Shown here piece after piece: positions 28,872 through 38,489 of a DNA stretch of 64,000 nucleotides. A model generated the notes under the pieces. That model ran no database searches, was not told the origin of the DNA, and saw only the letters and a program-made list of their open reading frames with translations. Position numbers and translations under genes: made by a program. Position 1 is the first letter of the stretch; each line of letters begins with the position of its first letter. Where the stretch lies: the NCBI GenBank assembly GCA_963719675.1, contig CAVRDN010000007.1:68670-132669 (forward strand). Direction: 5' to 3'. Source of the DNA: an uncultured Alphaproteobacteria bacterium (GTDB lineage: Bacteria; Pseudomonadota; Alphaproteobacteria; Acetobacterales; Acetobacteraceae).

Positions 28872-29375
28872 ATGCGATCCACGCGGCTCATGAGTTCGGC
28901 GAAAGTCACGACTTTCGCTCTCCTCGGAACGGTTTTCATCGCATCCACCGGCGTCGCGCGCGCGCAGTACGAGCGTGTCGCTTACGAAACGGGCGGTTAT
29001 CGGGCGGATGGTTATGTGATGGATGGTCTCGGTACCGGGCGGGATCCGGTATCGACGCGGGCCAGCAACATCGTGGCCAGCGACGCGCGATCGCCGATCG
29101 CGCCGGCGCTGCCGTCGCCCGATCTCGGCACGGCGGCCAACCCGCGCGATTACGTGAGAGCGGCGCGCGAAGCGTTGGCCTCCGGACGCACCGGAGAGGC
29201 CCAGCAATCTCTCGAAATGGCGGAAACCCGGGAACTCACCCGCGTGGTTTCGCCAGACGCGGCAAACGATCCGGATCCCGATCCGGCGGTCAATCAAATC
29301 CGCCACGCGTTGCACGCGCTCGGTGAGGGAGATCGCGCCCGCGCGCTCGACATAATTGACGCGATGGCACGCTGA
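28872..29375 (+). CDS. Secreted hypothetical protein
   Basis: GGAGG RBS; signal peptide; RASNI..SD.RS.IAP.LPSP and helical AQQSLEMAETR region. Confidence 0.75.
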   Translation: MRSTRLMSSAKVTTFALLGTVFIASTGVARAQYERVAYETGGYRADGYVMDGLGTGRDPVSTRASNIVASDARSPIAPALPSPDLGTAANPRDYVRAAREALASGRTGEAQQSLEMAETRELTRVVSPDAANDPDPDPAVNQIRHALHALGEGDRARALDIIDAMAR

Positions 29376-29550
29376 AGTCATGTTCCAGGGCTCTCCGCCG
29401 GCAGCGCCGGTGGAGAGCGGCCCTGATCGCACCGGCAGCCGGAAGCAAGCCACGCGTCCGGCGCTTCATCAGGACAACGCCGATTGGTCACCATGTGTCA
29501 CGACATCCCGATACGCGAACCCGACGGTACCGTCACGCACCCTGGGCGTA

Positions 29551-30729
29551 ATGAACGATAGGCCGGGATCGGATCCGGCCGATCGGCCGGGTTCCCCGCA
29601 TGAGCCGCCGAAAGATCCGGGCTGGAGTGTACGTGCCGACGGCGGGGGCCGCGTTGTCGCCCTGTCCGGCGACTGGATCGCGCATTTCAATGCCCGTTCC
29701 GAACAAAATGCCGTGGCTACCGTTCTCGAGGGCGGCGGCGTGGACGGAATATCGTTCGATTCGCGCGAGCTCGGCCGTTGGGACAGCGGTTTGCTGGTCT
29801 TCGTCGCGGCGTTGCGCCAGGCCGCGAGAGAGCGTGACATCCGGTTCGACGTCTCCGGCCTGCCGGAGGCCACGGGGCGGTTGCTGACTTTGATCTCGGA
29901 GGCCGCGCCGGTCGCGGCACGCGGACGGCGTCCGGCGGGCTTCGTTACCCGGATGGGCCAATCCGTGATCCACGCGGGCGGCGAGGCCGTTTCGGTCACC
30001 ACGCTTATCGGCGACAGCCTGCTGAGCCTCGGCACGGCGCTGCGTGGCCGCGTGCTCATGCGTGGCATCGATCTGCTGGAGTGCATGCGCGACGCCGGCG
30101 TGGCGGCGCTGCCCATCGTCACCGTCGTCAACATGCTGATCGGCGGCATCGTCGCGTTTGTCGGCGCCGTGCAATTGCACCGCTTCGGCGCCGATGTGTT
30201 CATCGCCGACCTCGTCGGTGTCGCGATGGTGCGGGAGATGGTCGCGCTGATGACCGCGATCATCATGTCCGGCCGCACCGGCGGCGCCTATGCCGCCCAC
30301 ATCGCCACCATGCAGGGCAATGAGGAAATCGACGCGCTGCGCACGATCGGCATCCCGGTCAACGATTACCTGATTTTGCCGCGCATTCTGGCGCTGACCG
30401 GAATGATGCCGATGCTGTATCTTTACGGCTGCGCGGTGGGCGTGTTCGGCGGCTTCATCGTCGCCGTCGCGATGCTGAACATCTCGCCGCAGGGCTTCAT
30501 CGACGAAACCCGCGCCTCCATCGCGCTGTCGCAGGTGCTGTTCGGCCTGATCAAAAGTGTCGCGTTCGGTGCGCTGATCGCCATCGCCGGCTGCCGCTGC
30601 GGCCTGTCCGCCGGGCGCAGCGCCGCCGACGTCGGGCAGGCCGCGACACGGGCCGTCGTCATCGGCATCGTCGGCGTCATCGCGCTGGACGCGGTGTTCG
30701 CGGTCTGCGCCAACGCGTTGGATTTCTGA
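29551..30729 (+). CDS. mlaE: MlaE-family ABC permease with N-terminal STAS-like domain
   Basis: L.RWDSGL; VREM..LMTAIIMSGRTGGAYAAHIATM..NEEIDAL; SAADVGQAATRAVV. Confidence 0.88.
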   Translation: MNDRPGSDPADRPGSPHEPPKDPGWSVRADGGGRVVALSGDWIAHFNARSEQNAVATVLEGGGVDGISFDSRELGRWDSGLLVFVAALRQAARERDIRFDVSGLPEATGRLLTLISEAAPVAARGRRPAGFVTRMGQSVIHAGGEAVSVTTLIGDSLLSLGTALRGRVLMRGIDLLECMRDAGVAALPIVTVVNMLIGGIVAFVGAVQLHRFGADVFIADLVGVAMVREMVALMTAIIMSGRTGGAYAAHIATMQGNEEIDALRTIGIPVNDYLILPRILALTGMMPMLYLYGCAVGVFGGFIVAVAMLNISPQGFIDETRASIALSQVLFGLIKSVAFGALIAIAGCRCGLSAGRSAADVGQAATRAVVIGIVGVIALDAVFAVCANALDF

Positions 30730-30732
30730 CCG

Positions 30733-31635
30733 ATGCCGCCGGAACGGGAAGATGCGAAGTTCCGGGTCGAAGGCCTCGCCTTCGGCTATGGCGACAACAT
30801 CGTGCAACACGACGTGTCGTTCGACGTCCCGCCACGCTCGATCTTCGCCATCATGGGCGGCAGCGGCTGTGGCAAAAGCACGCTCATGAAGACGATGATC
30901 GGCCTGCTCAAACCCGCCGCCGGAACGATCCGGGTCGGAGGCGAGGACTACTGGGGCGCCACCGAGGAGCGCCGCACCCGGATCGGCCGCCGCTTTGGCG
31001 TGGTGTTCCAGGGCGGCGCGCTGTGGAGTTCCATGACCGCCGAGGAAAACGTCAGCTTGCCGGCGCGGATGTTCACCGACCTGGACGACGCCACGATCAA
31101 GGCGCTGTCGCGGTTGAAGCTGTCGCTGGTCGGACTGGACATCGACGCCGCGACGATGCCCTCGGAACTCAGTGGCGGCATGCGCCGCCGCGTCGCCATC
31201 GCCCGCGCGCTGGCGCTCGACCCGGAGGTGCTGTTTCTCGACGAACCGTCCGCCGGCCTGGATCCAATCGCCGCGAAACGCCTTGATGATCTGATCCTGG
31301 AGTTGCGCGACGGCTTCGGCGTCACGGTGATCATGGTCAGTCACGAACTGCCCAGTCTGCTGGGGATTTGCGATGATGGGATTTTTCTCGACGCGGAAAC
31401 GAAAACCGCGATCGCGAAGGGTGCGCCTCGGGTGCTGTTGGAGACCAGCGACCATCCGACCGTGCGGGCCTTCATGCATCGGGAGCGGCCGGACGATCAG
31501 CGGCCCGGGAACGACGTGAGGATCGGAAATGGTGCGAGGCCCGGGAACGATGCCAGGTCGGGGCACGATGCGAGGATGATGAACGATGCCAGGCCGGGGA
31601 ACGATGCGAGGATGACGAACGATGCGAACCGCTAA
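30733..31635 (+). CDS. mlaF: MlaF-family ABC ATPase
   Basis: GGSGCGKST, PSELSGGMRRR, FLDEPSAGLDP; repeat-derived C-terminal tail. Confidence 0.9.
   Translation: MPPEREDAKFRVEGLAFGYGDNIVQHDVSFDVPPRSIFAIMGGSGCGKSTLMKTMIGLLKPAAGTIRVGGEDYWGATEERRTRIGRRFGVVFQGGALWSSMTAEENVSLPARMFTDLDDATIKALSRLKLSLVGLDIDAATMPSELSGGMRRRVAIARALALDPEVLFLDEPSAGLDPIAAKRLDDLILELRDGFGVTVIMVSHELPSLLGICDDGIFLDAETKTAIAKGAPRVLLETSDHPTVRAFMHRERPDDQRPGNDVRIGNGARPGNDARSGHDARMMNDARPGNDARMTNDANR
31500..31628 (+). repeat. 18-bp-period tandem repeats at the mlaF/mlaD junction
   Basis: About seven NDARPG/NDARMM-type peptide units; the last supplies the mlaD start. Confidence 0.8.
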
Positions 31636-32596
31636 GGCGACGGCGGTGGGGGCGTTCGTGCTCGGCGCGCTGATAATCGGCGCGATCGCCGTCGTGCTGT
31701 TCGCCGGCCAAAGTTACTTCACCACGCAGGTGCGGGTGGTGGCGTATTTCCAGAACTCGGTCGCCGGTCTCGCGGTGGGTGCGCCGGTGACCTTGCGCGG
31801 CGTGAAGGTGGGCACCGTCGAAAGCATGAAGGTGTACCTCAAGCTGCCCGATCTGGTGCCGGTCATTCCGGTCTACATGGAGATCGAGCCGAGCCAGGTG
31901 TCATGGACCAACGATCCGCTCAAGACCGACGTGTCGGATATCGCGCTCGCGGTGAAAGCCGGGCTGCGGGCGCAACTGGCGACGACAAGTCTGGTGACCG
32001 GCCAGGTCAGCGTGAACCTCGACTTTCATCCCGACACGCCGGCGACGTTGGTCGGAAATGGCACCGGCGTGACCGAGATCCCGACAATTCCGTCCGATTT
32101 CCAGAAGATCAAAGATGAGATCACCGACCTGAAGTTGCCGGAGATCGCGGACAAGGCGCGCACCGCCCTCGACGGCCTCAACACCATCATTGGCGAACTG
32201 AAAGGCCGGGTCGGGCCGTTGGCGGACAGCGTGAAGCAGACCTCGGACGATGCGCGCCACACCCTGGATACCACCACCGCGGCGGTCCAGCAGTTGCAGC
32301 TCGACGCGTCGCACGCATTGGGGTCGATCGATCATCTGGCGACCTCGACCGAAGGCCGGATCGACACGACCACCAAACAGCTCGATCAGACGATCGCGTC
32401 GGTTAATCGCGTGGCGGCGCAGGCGGAAAAGGTCATGGACAATCTGCACGACATCACGGCGGCCCGCTCGCCCGTGCGTGGCGATCTGGAGGCCACGATG
32501 CGCGATCTCGCGGCCAGCGCCGCCTCGTTGCGCAATTTCAGCCGCGACGTGGAACAGCATCCCAATGATCTTTTGCTGGGGCGTTCAGGCAAGTAA
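31622..32596 (+). CDS. mlaD: MlaD/MCE family protein
   Basis: N-terminal TM (VGAFVLG), SVAGLAVGAPVTLRGVKVG, GLRAQL..SLVTGQ, coiled coil, HPNDLLLGR. Confidence 0.88.
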   Translation: MRTAKATAVGAFVLGALIIGAIAVVLFAGQSYFTTQVRVVAYFQNSVAGLAVGAPVTLRGVKVGTVESMKVYLKLPDLVPVIPVYMEIEPSQVSWTNDPLKTDVSDIALAVKAGLRAQLATTSLVTGQVSVNLDFHPDTPATLVGNGTGVTEIPTIPSDFQKIKDEITDLKLPEIADKARTALDGLNTIIGELKGRVGPLADSVKQTSDDARHTLDTTTAAVQQLQLDASHALGSIDHLATSTEGRIDTTTKQLDQTIASVNRVAAQAEKVMDNLHDITAARSPVRGDLEATMRDLAASAASLRNFSRDVEQHPNDLLLGRSGK

Positions 32597-32723
32597 CAGG
32601 ATCGTCACCGACCGATCGCGGACATGAACGATATTTAAGTCCGACGTCATCGCCTGGAGCAGCCAAAACCCTGGAGATTTGCTAATAACGACGTTTGATG
32701 GAATTGGGGATCGCGCGGATTTC

Positions 32724-32748
32724 GGAACCAATTGCAATTGTATCCGTT
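32724..32748 (+). promoter_or_regulatory. EcfG-type promoter GGAAC-N16-CGTT
   Basis: Exact consensus about 60 bp upstream of ATG 32808. Confidence 0.75.
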
Positions 32749-32807
32749 TGTTTAAGCAGGGCGGTGAGCGATCGCCGCTCGCTGACATCGTATCGGAGAA
32801 CCTTGCC

Positions 32808-33122
32808 ATGACCATAAACCGGGCCATGACCAGAACCTTGCTCGCCTCGGCGTCGGCGCTGACCGTCGTCACGGGACTGTTCGCGGCGGGGATGGGTCCC
32901 GCGATGGCGGAAACCGTGACCACGACGACAACCGAGACGACGCGGCCGTACGTGGCGCCGGCGCCCGTTCCGCTGGCGCAGACCACCACCGAGCGTACCG
33001 TCGATGCCGACGCCAACGGCGTGGTGCGCAGCAAGACCACGGTGACGGGTACCGCGATCGATCCGGTTGACGGCAGCACCACCACCACGCGGAAAACCAC
33101 GGAAACGACGACGGTTCGTTAG
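32808..33122 (+). CDS. Small secreted Thr-rich protein
   Basis: GGAGA RBS; signal peptide ending AMA; TTTTTE-type runs. Confidence 0.7.
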   Translation: MTINRAMTRTLLASASALTVVTGLFAAGMGPAMAETVTTTTTETTRPYVAPAPVPLAQTTTERTVDADANGVVRSKTTVTGTAIDPVDGSTTTTRKTTETTTVR

Positions 33123-33176
33123 CTGCCTCGGTTGAACGGTGCGACACACCGCTCGGACCAGTATGGAGGCGAACAC

Positions 33177-33536
33177 ATGATGCGACAGACATTGCGATTG
33201 ACCGTATTGACCGGCGCCACGCTCGCCGGCATGGCCTTGCTGAGCGGGTGCGCGACGGTGCCGGTCACGCGGACGGTCACGTCGGAAACCACCACGACGA
33301 CCGCTCCTGTCCCGCCGCCTCCGCCGGTCATCAGCAGCACCACGACGACCAACGCGGTGACGCCGGACGACACGGCGCCGGTGCGCGACCAATATACGCG
33401 GCGCGTGCGCCGGCCGAATGGCGACGTGGTTGAGGAAGAAACCACCGAGACCGGTTCGTCCACCATCGTGCCCGCCGCGCCCCAGGTGCAGTCGACCACC
33501 ACGCGGACGACAAGTGAAACGATCGCACCCCGTTGA
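33177..33536 (+). CDS. Small Thr/Pro-rich lipoprotein
   Basis: GGAGG RBS; lipobox LSGC. Confidence 0.72.
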   Translation: MMRQTLRLTVLTGATLAGMALLSGCATVPVTRTVTSETTTTTAPVPPPPPVISSTTTTNAVTPDDTAPVRDQYTRRVRRPNGDVVEEETTETGSSTIVPAAPQVQSTTTRTTSETIAPR

Positions 33537-33610
33537 GGGGTGAGCACCCCAACCGGGCGGCCGGGTTTGATCGTGCGGCCGCTCACCACCCTCACTTTGG
33601 AGTAACGAAA

Positions 33611-33787
33611 ATGACCGCCACGAAATCGACATTGAAGGTAACGCTTGGCATGGTGCTGTTGGCCGGTTCGGCGCTGCTGGCCGGTTGCTCCCAGCCCGCG
33701 AGCACCAGCACGACCGAAGTGACCTCGGCTCCGCCGCCGGCTCCGGCCATGGATACCTCCACCTCCACCACGCAGTATCGCCGGTAA
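33611..33787 (+). CDS. Small Thr/Ser-rich lipoprotein (58 aa)
   Basis: GGAG RBS; lipobox LAGC. Confidence 0.68.
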   Translation: MTATKSTLKVTLGMVLLAGSALLAGCSQPASTSTTEVTSAPPPAPAMDTSTSTTQYRR

Positions 33788-33983
33788 CGATCCGGGCGGC
33801 CTGACCAGCGCGCGGTTTTTCGCGCGAGGGACGTTCCGCGCCATGGTGGGATCGCGGTGGGACGGGGCACGCGGGGAACCGTCGTGCGTCGTCCGGCCGC
33901 GATCCCGGCCTTCGCGCGGATTCAGTTTCATTTGAAACGAAATTGACGCGCGCGTTCCGTTGGCGCGTTCCATCCGAGCCCAA

Positions 33984-35414
33984 ATGGACCCGCCGACCAT
34001 CACGACCGACGTTCCGGCGCGCCTCGATCGGTTGCCCTGGGGCCAGTTCCACTGGCTGGTGATCGTGGCGCTCGGCATCACCTGGGTGCTCGATGGGCTG
34101 GAGGTCACGCTCGCCGGATCCCTGGCCGGCGCCCTGCGTGAAAGTCCTACGTTGCACTTCTCCGACGCCGAGGTCGGGCTCGCCAGCAGCGCGTACGTGG
34201 CGGGCGCCGTCTCCGGCGCGTTGTTCTTCGGCTGGCTCACCGACCGGTTGGGCCGCAAGAAATTGTTCAGCGTCACCCTGGCGCTTTACCTGTTGGCCGC
34301 CGCCGGTACCGCCTTCACCTGGAACCTGACGGGCTACGCGCTGATGCGCTTCCTCACCGGCGCCGGCATCGGCGGCGAGTTCAGCGCGATCAACTCGGCG
34401 ATTCAGGAACTCATTCCGCCGCGCTTTCGCGGCCGCACCGACCTGACCGTCAACGGCAGCTATTGGATGGGCGCGGCGATCGGCGGCGGCGCGTCTCTCG
34501 TGCTGCTCGATCCGCGCGTGATCGACCCGGAATACGGCTGGCGACTGGCGTATTTCATCGGCGCCGCGATCGGCGTACCGATTTTGTTGTTGCGACGTTT
34601 CGTTCCGGAAAGTCCGCGCTGGCTCATGCTGCATGGCCAACCCGGCCACGCCGACACCGTGGTGCGTGAGATCGAGGCCCGCTTCACCGCGTCCGGCTAC
34701 CATCTGCCCGAAGCGACGAAGCGCGTGCGCCTGCGCGACCGCGCGTTCACCCCCTTCGCCGACGTATTCAAAACGCTGGTGCATCGTTATCCGCGACGCA
34801 CGGTGCTGTGTCTCGCTTTGATGATCGCGCAGGCGTTCTTCTACAATGCGATCTTCTTCACCTACGCGATGCTGTTGACCGATTTCTACGGCGTCAGCGC
34901 CGGCCATGTCGGCTGGTACGTGCTGCCGTTCGCGTTGGGCAACATTCTCGGCCCGCTGCTGCTCGGCCCGCTGTTCGACACCATCGGCCGCAAGCCGATG
35001 ATCGCCTTCACCTACGCCGCCTCGGCGATATTGCTGTTGGCGACCGGCCTGTTGTTCCGCGCCGGCATGCTCGACGCGACGACGCAGACCATGGCCTGGA
35101 GCGCCACGTTCTTCTTCGCCTCCGCCGCCGCGTCCGCCGCCAGCCTGACCGTCGCGGAGAATTTTCCCCTCGAGGTCCGCGCCCTCGCGATCGCGGTGTT
35201 CTACGCTCTCGGCACGGGACTTGGCGGGATCGCCGCGCCGAGCCTGTTCGGCGTGCTGATCGAAAGCGGTTCGCGCGGGCGGGTTCTGGCGGGCTACCTG
35301 CTCGCCTGCGTCCTCATGGCCATCGCCGCCGCGCTGGCATTGTGGCTCGGCGAACGCACCGAGCGCCGCTCGCTGGAGGATGTCGCGCCGCCATTGTCGT
35401 CGACCGACCGGTAA
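33984..35414 (+). CDS. MFS transporter
   Basis: RLDRLPW..FH, GWLTDRLGRKK, RFLTGAGIGGE, PESPRWL, ENFPLEVR. Confidence 0.9.
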   Translation: MDPPTITTDVPARLDRLPWGQFHWLVIVALGITWVLDGLEVTLAGSLAGALRESPTLHFSDAEVGLASSAYVAGAVSGALFFGWLTDRLGRKKLFSVTLALYLLAAAGTAFTWNLTGYALMRFLTGAGIGGEFSAINSAIQELIPPRFRGRTDLTVNGSYWMGAAIGGGASLVLLDPRVIDPEYGWRLAYFIGAAIGVPILLLRRFVPESPRWLMLHGQPGHADTVVREIEARFTASGYHLPEATKRVRLRDRAFTPFADVFKTLVHRYPRRTVLCLALMIAQAFFYNAIFFTYAMLLTDFYGVSAGHVGWYVLPFALGNILGPLLLGPLFDTIGRKPMIAFTYAASAILLLATGLLFRAGMLDATTQTMAWSATFFFASAAASAASLTVAENFPLEVRALAIAVFYALGTGLGGIAAPSLFGVLIESGSRGRVLAGYLLACVLMAIAAALALWLGERTERRSLEDVAPPLSSTDR

Positions 35415-35435
35415 TCGCGAACCGCGGCCGCGCCG

Positions 35436-38400
35436 TTACGAGGAGGGGCCGGCCGCCGCGCCGTCCTCGCCGATCACCGCGAACGGCGCCCAGAAGAACG
35501 GGTGCGACGCCAGGCTGCTCGGCGATTTCACCGCCGCGTCCAACAGACTGAGTTCGGCGCCGCGCATCGCCTCCGCCGCGCCGGTGCCATCGTTGGCCCG
35601 CATGCGCCGCAGCGTGTCGGTGACCAGATAAGCCGCCGCCTGATCGTTGACCGACCAGTGCGTCACCAGCATCGACCGCGCCCCGGCGTAAAAGAACGCG
35701 CGTGCCAGTCCGGACAGGCTCTCGCCCGCCGTGGTGCCGCCCGGCCCACCCGAGTTGCACGCCGACAGGATGACCAGATCGGCATCCAGATTGAGCCCCA
35801 GAATGCGATCGGTCGTCAGCAGCGCGCCCGATGCGTCCGGCGCCCCCGGCGGCGCCGAGGTAATGATCGCCGGCTGATCCTGACACTGGATTTCCGCCGG
35901 CAGCAACGCGTGCGTGGAGAATTGCAGCGTGCGGTAATCCTGCAACGGCATGCGCATCACCGCGTCGGCCGTGAACGCCGGGCCGAGCAGCTCATCCGAC
36001 GGACTGGCGCCCATCAACTGCCGTGCCGCGTCCAGTTCCTTCAGCGTGTACGGCAGCGCCGGCAGGCTGGCGAGCAGCCGCGCGCTGTCGGCGCAGGTGG
36101 CGCCCGGGAAACTGCGTTCCGCCTGCGCCAGCGTGATCGGACGGAAGTCGCCGAAGCCGAACCACGGATGCGCCGCGCGCGAGGTGCCGGCGATCTTGCG
36201 CAGGCTGACGAAGTTGGCGGGCGCCGGCACGTCGGCCAAGGCGAATTTCCGCACCAGCCACGGCGCCGATGCCAGGGCGCCCGGGTCGGCCGGTCCGCTC
36301 AACAACACCGCGAACGGCAACGACAGCAGCGGACCGGTGGGCGCGATCACCAACGATGTCGCGCCATCCAGCGCATTCGCCACGCCGCCGACCGTCGCGG
36401 TGTACAGGGCGTGCGCGTCCTCGGTGTCGAACTTCGGCAGGCCCGACGCGGTCAGTTCGATACTGGCACGAATGTCGTGCACCAGTTTCGCGACGTTCGC
36501 GGTCCCGCCGGGCACTGGAGCGGCGGCGATCCCGCCGGCGGTCAGGGCGAACACCCAGCCCGAATGCGCGCTAAGCGTGATCGCGACGAACGCCTCATGC
36601 GGACGCAAGGCCGCGATGACGTCGGCGGCCGGCACGACCTGCTGCACCAACTGACCATAATTCGGCGACGCCGCCTGCAACGCGCTGTCGGCGTTCGCCA
36701 CCGCGGATTGACCGGCGGCGATCCGCTGATCGATATCCGCCGGCGACACGCCATTCGGCGGCGGCCGTCCCTGCTGCCGCGCCGCCGCGATGGCGTCGCG
36801 CTGACCATACAACGCGGACAGCTTGTCGCTGGCGTCCTGCCAGGCGCGGATCGCCGCCGCCACTTTCGGGTCCCGCGCGTTGGCTCGCAGACGCGCGCTC
36901 GCCTCGGCGATCTGTTCGGCGGTGATGCTGCCTTGCGCGACCTGGGCGGCGAGGAACATCTCGGCCAGCAATTTCTGGTCGTGGCCCGCCTCGGCGCCGT
37001 ACGCCATCAGGCAGGGCGCCATCAGTTCCTGATCGATGCCGCTCTTCAATGCGATCAGCCCTTGCACGGCGGCCCGGCACACCGATACGGCGGCGCCATC
37101 GCGTCCGGCGCGCTGCAATCCGGCGGCTTGCAACAGCTCGGTCTCCGCCAGGGTTTTCGAGCCCGGCAACGCCACCTCGAACCGACCCGACGAGCGCGCG
37201 AATTCAACCGCCGACCGCGTATCCGCGCCCGCGCTCGACGCCGCCACGCCCAACGTCCGATACAGCCGCCCACTCAACATCGGCTGGTCCACGCCATTCG
37301 CCTCGGCCAGCGCAATCGCCTCATCGACCGCCGCCTGTGCCTGATCGAGACCGGCCAAGCTGACGCAACACCAACGCGCGGTTCCGCAGCGCCTCGATGT
37401 AGCCGACCATCGCCAGTTCCGCGCGCGGATCGGCCAGCAATTCGGGGTTCGGCCGCACCAGCGCCTGACGCTGCTGCGCCGAGGCGATCACATTTCCCGC
37501 CGACCCACGAAGCCCCACGCTCGCCTGCAACGCATCCGCCGGGATCCATGCCGCGTACGCCGCCTGGGCCTGGACCAGCAGCGCGAGCGCCTCGTCCAGG
37601 TGGCCCTCGTTCTTCGCATGCAGGCCGCGGTAATGCAGCAACCGCGCGGGCGCCGTGCTGTCGGCGGACCGCTGCACCAATGGCGCGGCTTCGGCGAACA
37701 GTTCATCCGCCTCCGCGTAACGACCCAGATTGGAAACCTGCACCGCGAGGGTCAGCAGCGTGGTCGCGGTATTCGGATCGTCACGGCCCAGCACTTTTCG
37801 TTGCAGTGCCAGCGCGGCGCGAAACGCCTGTTCCGCGTCGGTCGGATCGTCCGCGAGGTTCGCCCGCGTTCCCGCCGTCATCAGTTGATCGAACGCGCCG
37901 ATGTCGGACGCGGTGAACGGTTGCGCCGCCAGCCGCCGCGCCAACAATCCGTCCGCCTGGGATCCGGGCGGCGCCGTATCGGCCCGCACCACGCCGGACA
38001 ACACGCCGATCGCGCGCTCCATCGCCGTCGCCGCCGGCAGCACCGCGTCGCCGCGCCACAACGTGCCGTTCACCACGGCGACCATGGCGACCTGCGGCCA
38101 CCCGCCCTGCCGGCTGGAACACGACAGCAGCAGCGCCGGCTGGCCGCCGAGAATGGATGTCGATGCCGGCGGCCCGCACTGCATGCGCGCGTCGATCGCG
38201 GTGCGCCAGGTCCCGGAACTCGCCGCCGCGGCCATCTCCCCCGCGGTCGCCGGCCCGCCGTTCTCGATCCGCGCGCTGGGCTGTTGCCACGTGCCGCAGA
38301 ACACCTCCGCCCCGCCCGCGCCGGCCGGTTGCCGCACGCAGGCCTCGCCCGCGGTGTTGGTGCCGAGCGAGGTCTGCTCCGCCGGGCGCGCGATGCTGGT

Positions 38401-38487
38401 GCCGTGCACGTAGGCCGAGGCGGGCGGCCGCTGGCAGCCGGCCAGCGACAAAAAGCCCAGCAGCAGACAAGGGAGGATGCCGCGCAT
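35436..38487 (-). CDS. Lipoprotein with TPR repeats and C-terminal CHAT (caspase-like) protease domain (frameshift near 37350)
   Basis: Lipobox LAGC; TPR-like AL.LQRKVLGRDDP.TA; CHAT motifs IAPTGPLLSLPF, FSTHAL (His), LSACNS (Cys), GLARAFFYAGA, THWSV.D, HPFFWAPF. Confidence 0.87.
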
Positions 38488-38489
38488 GG

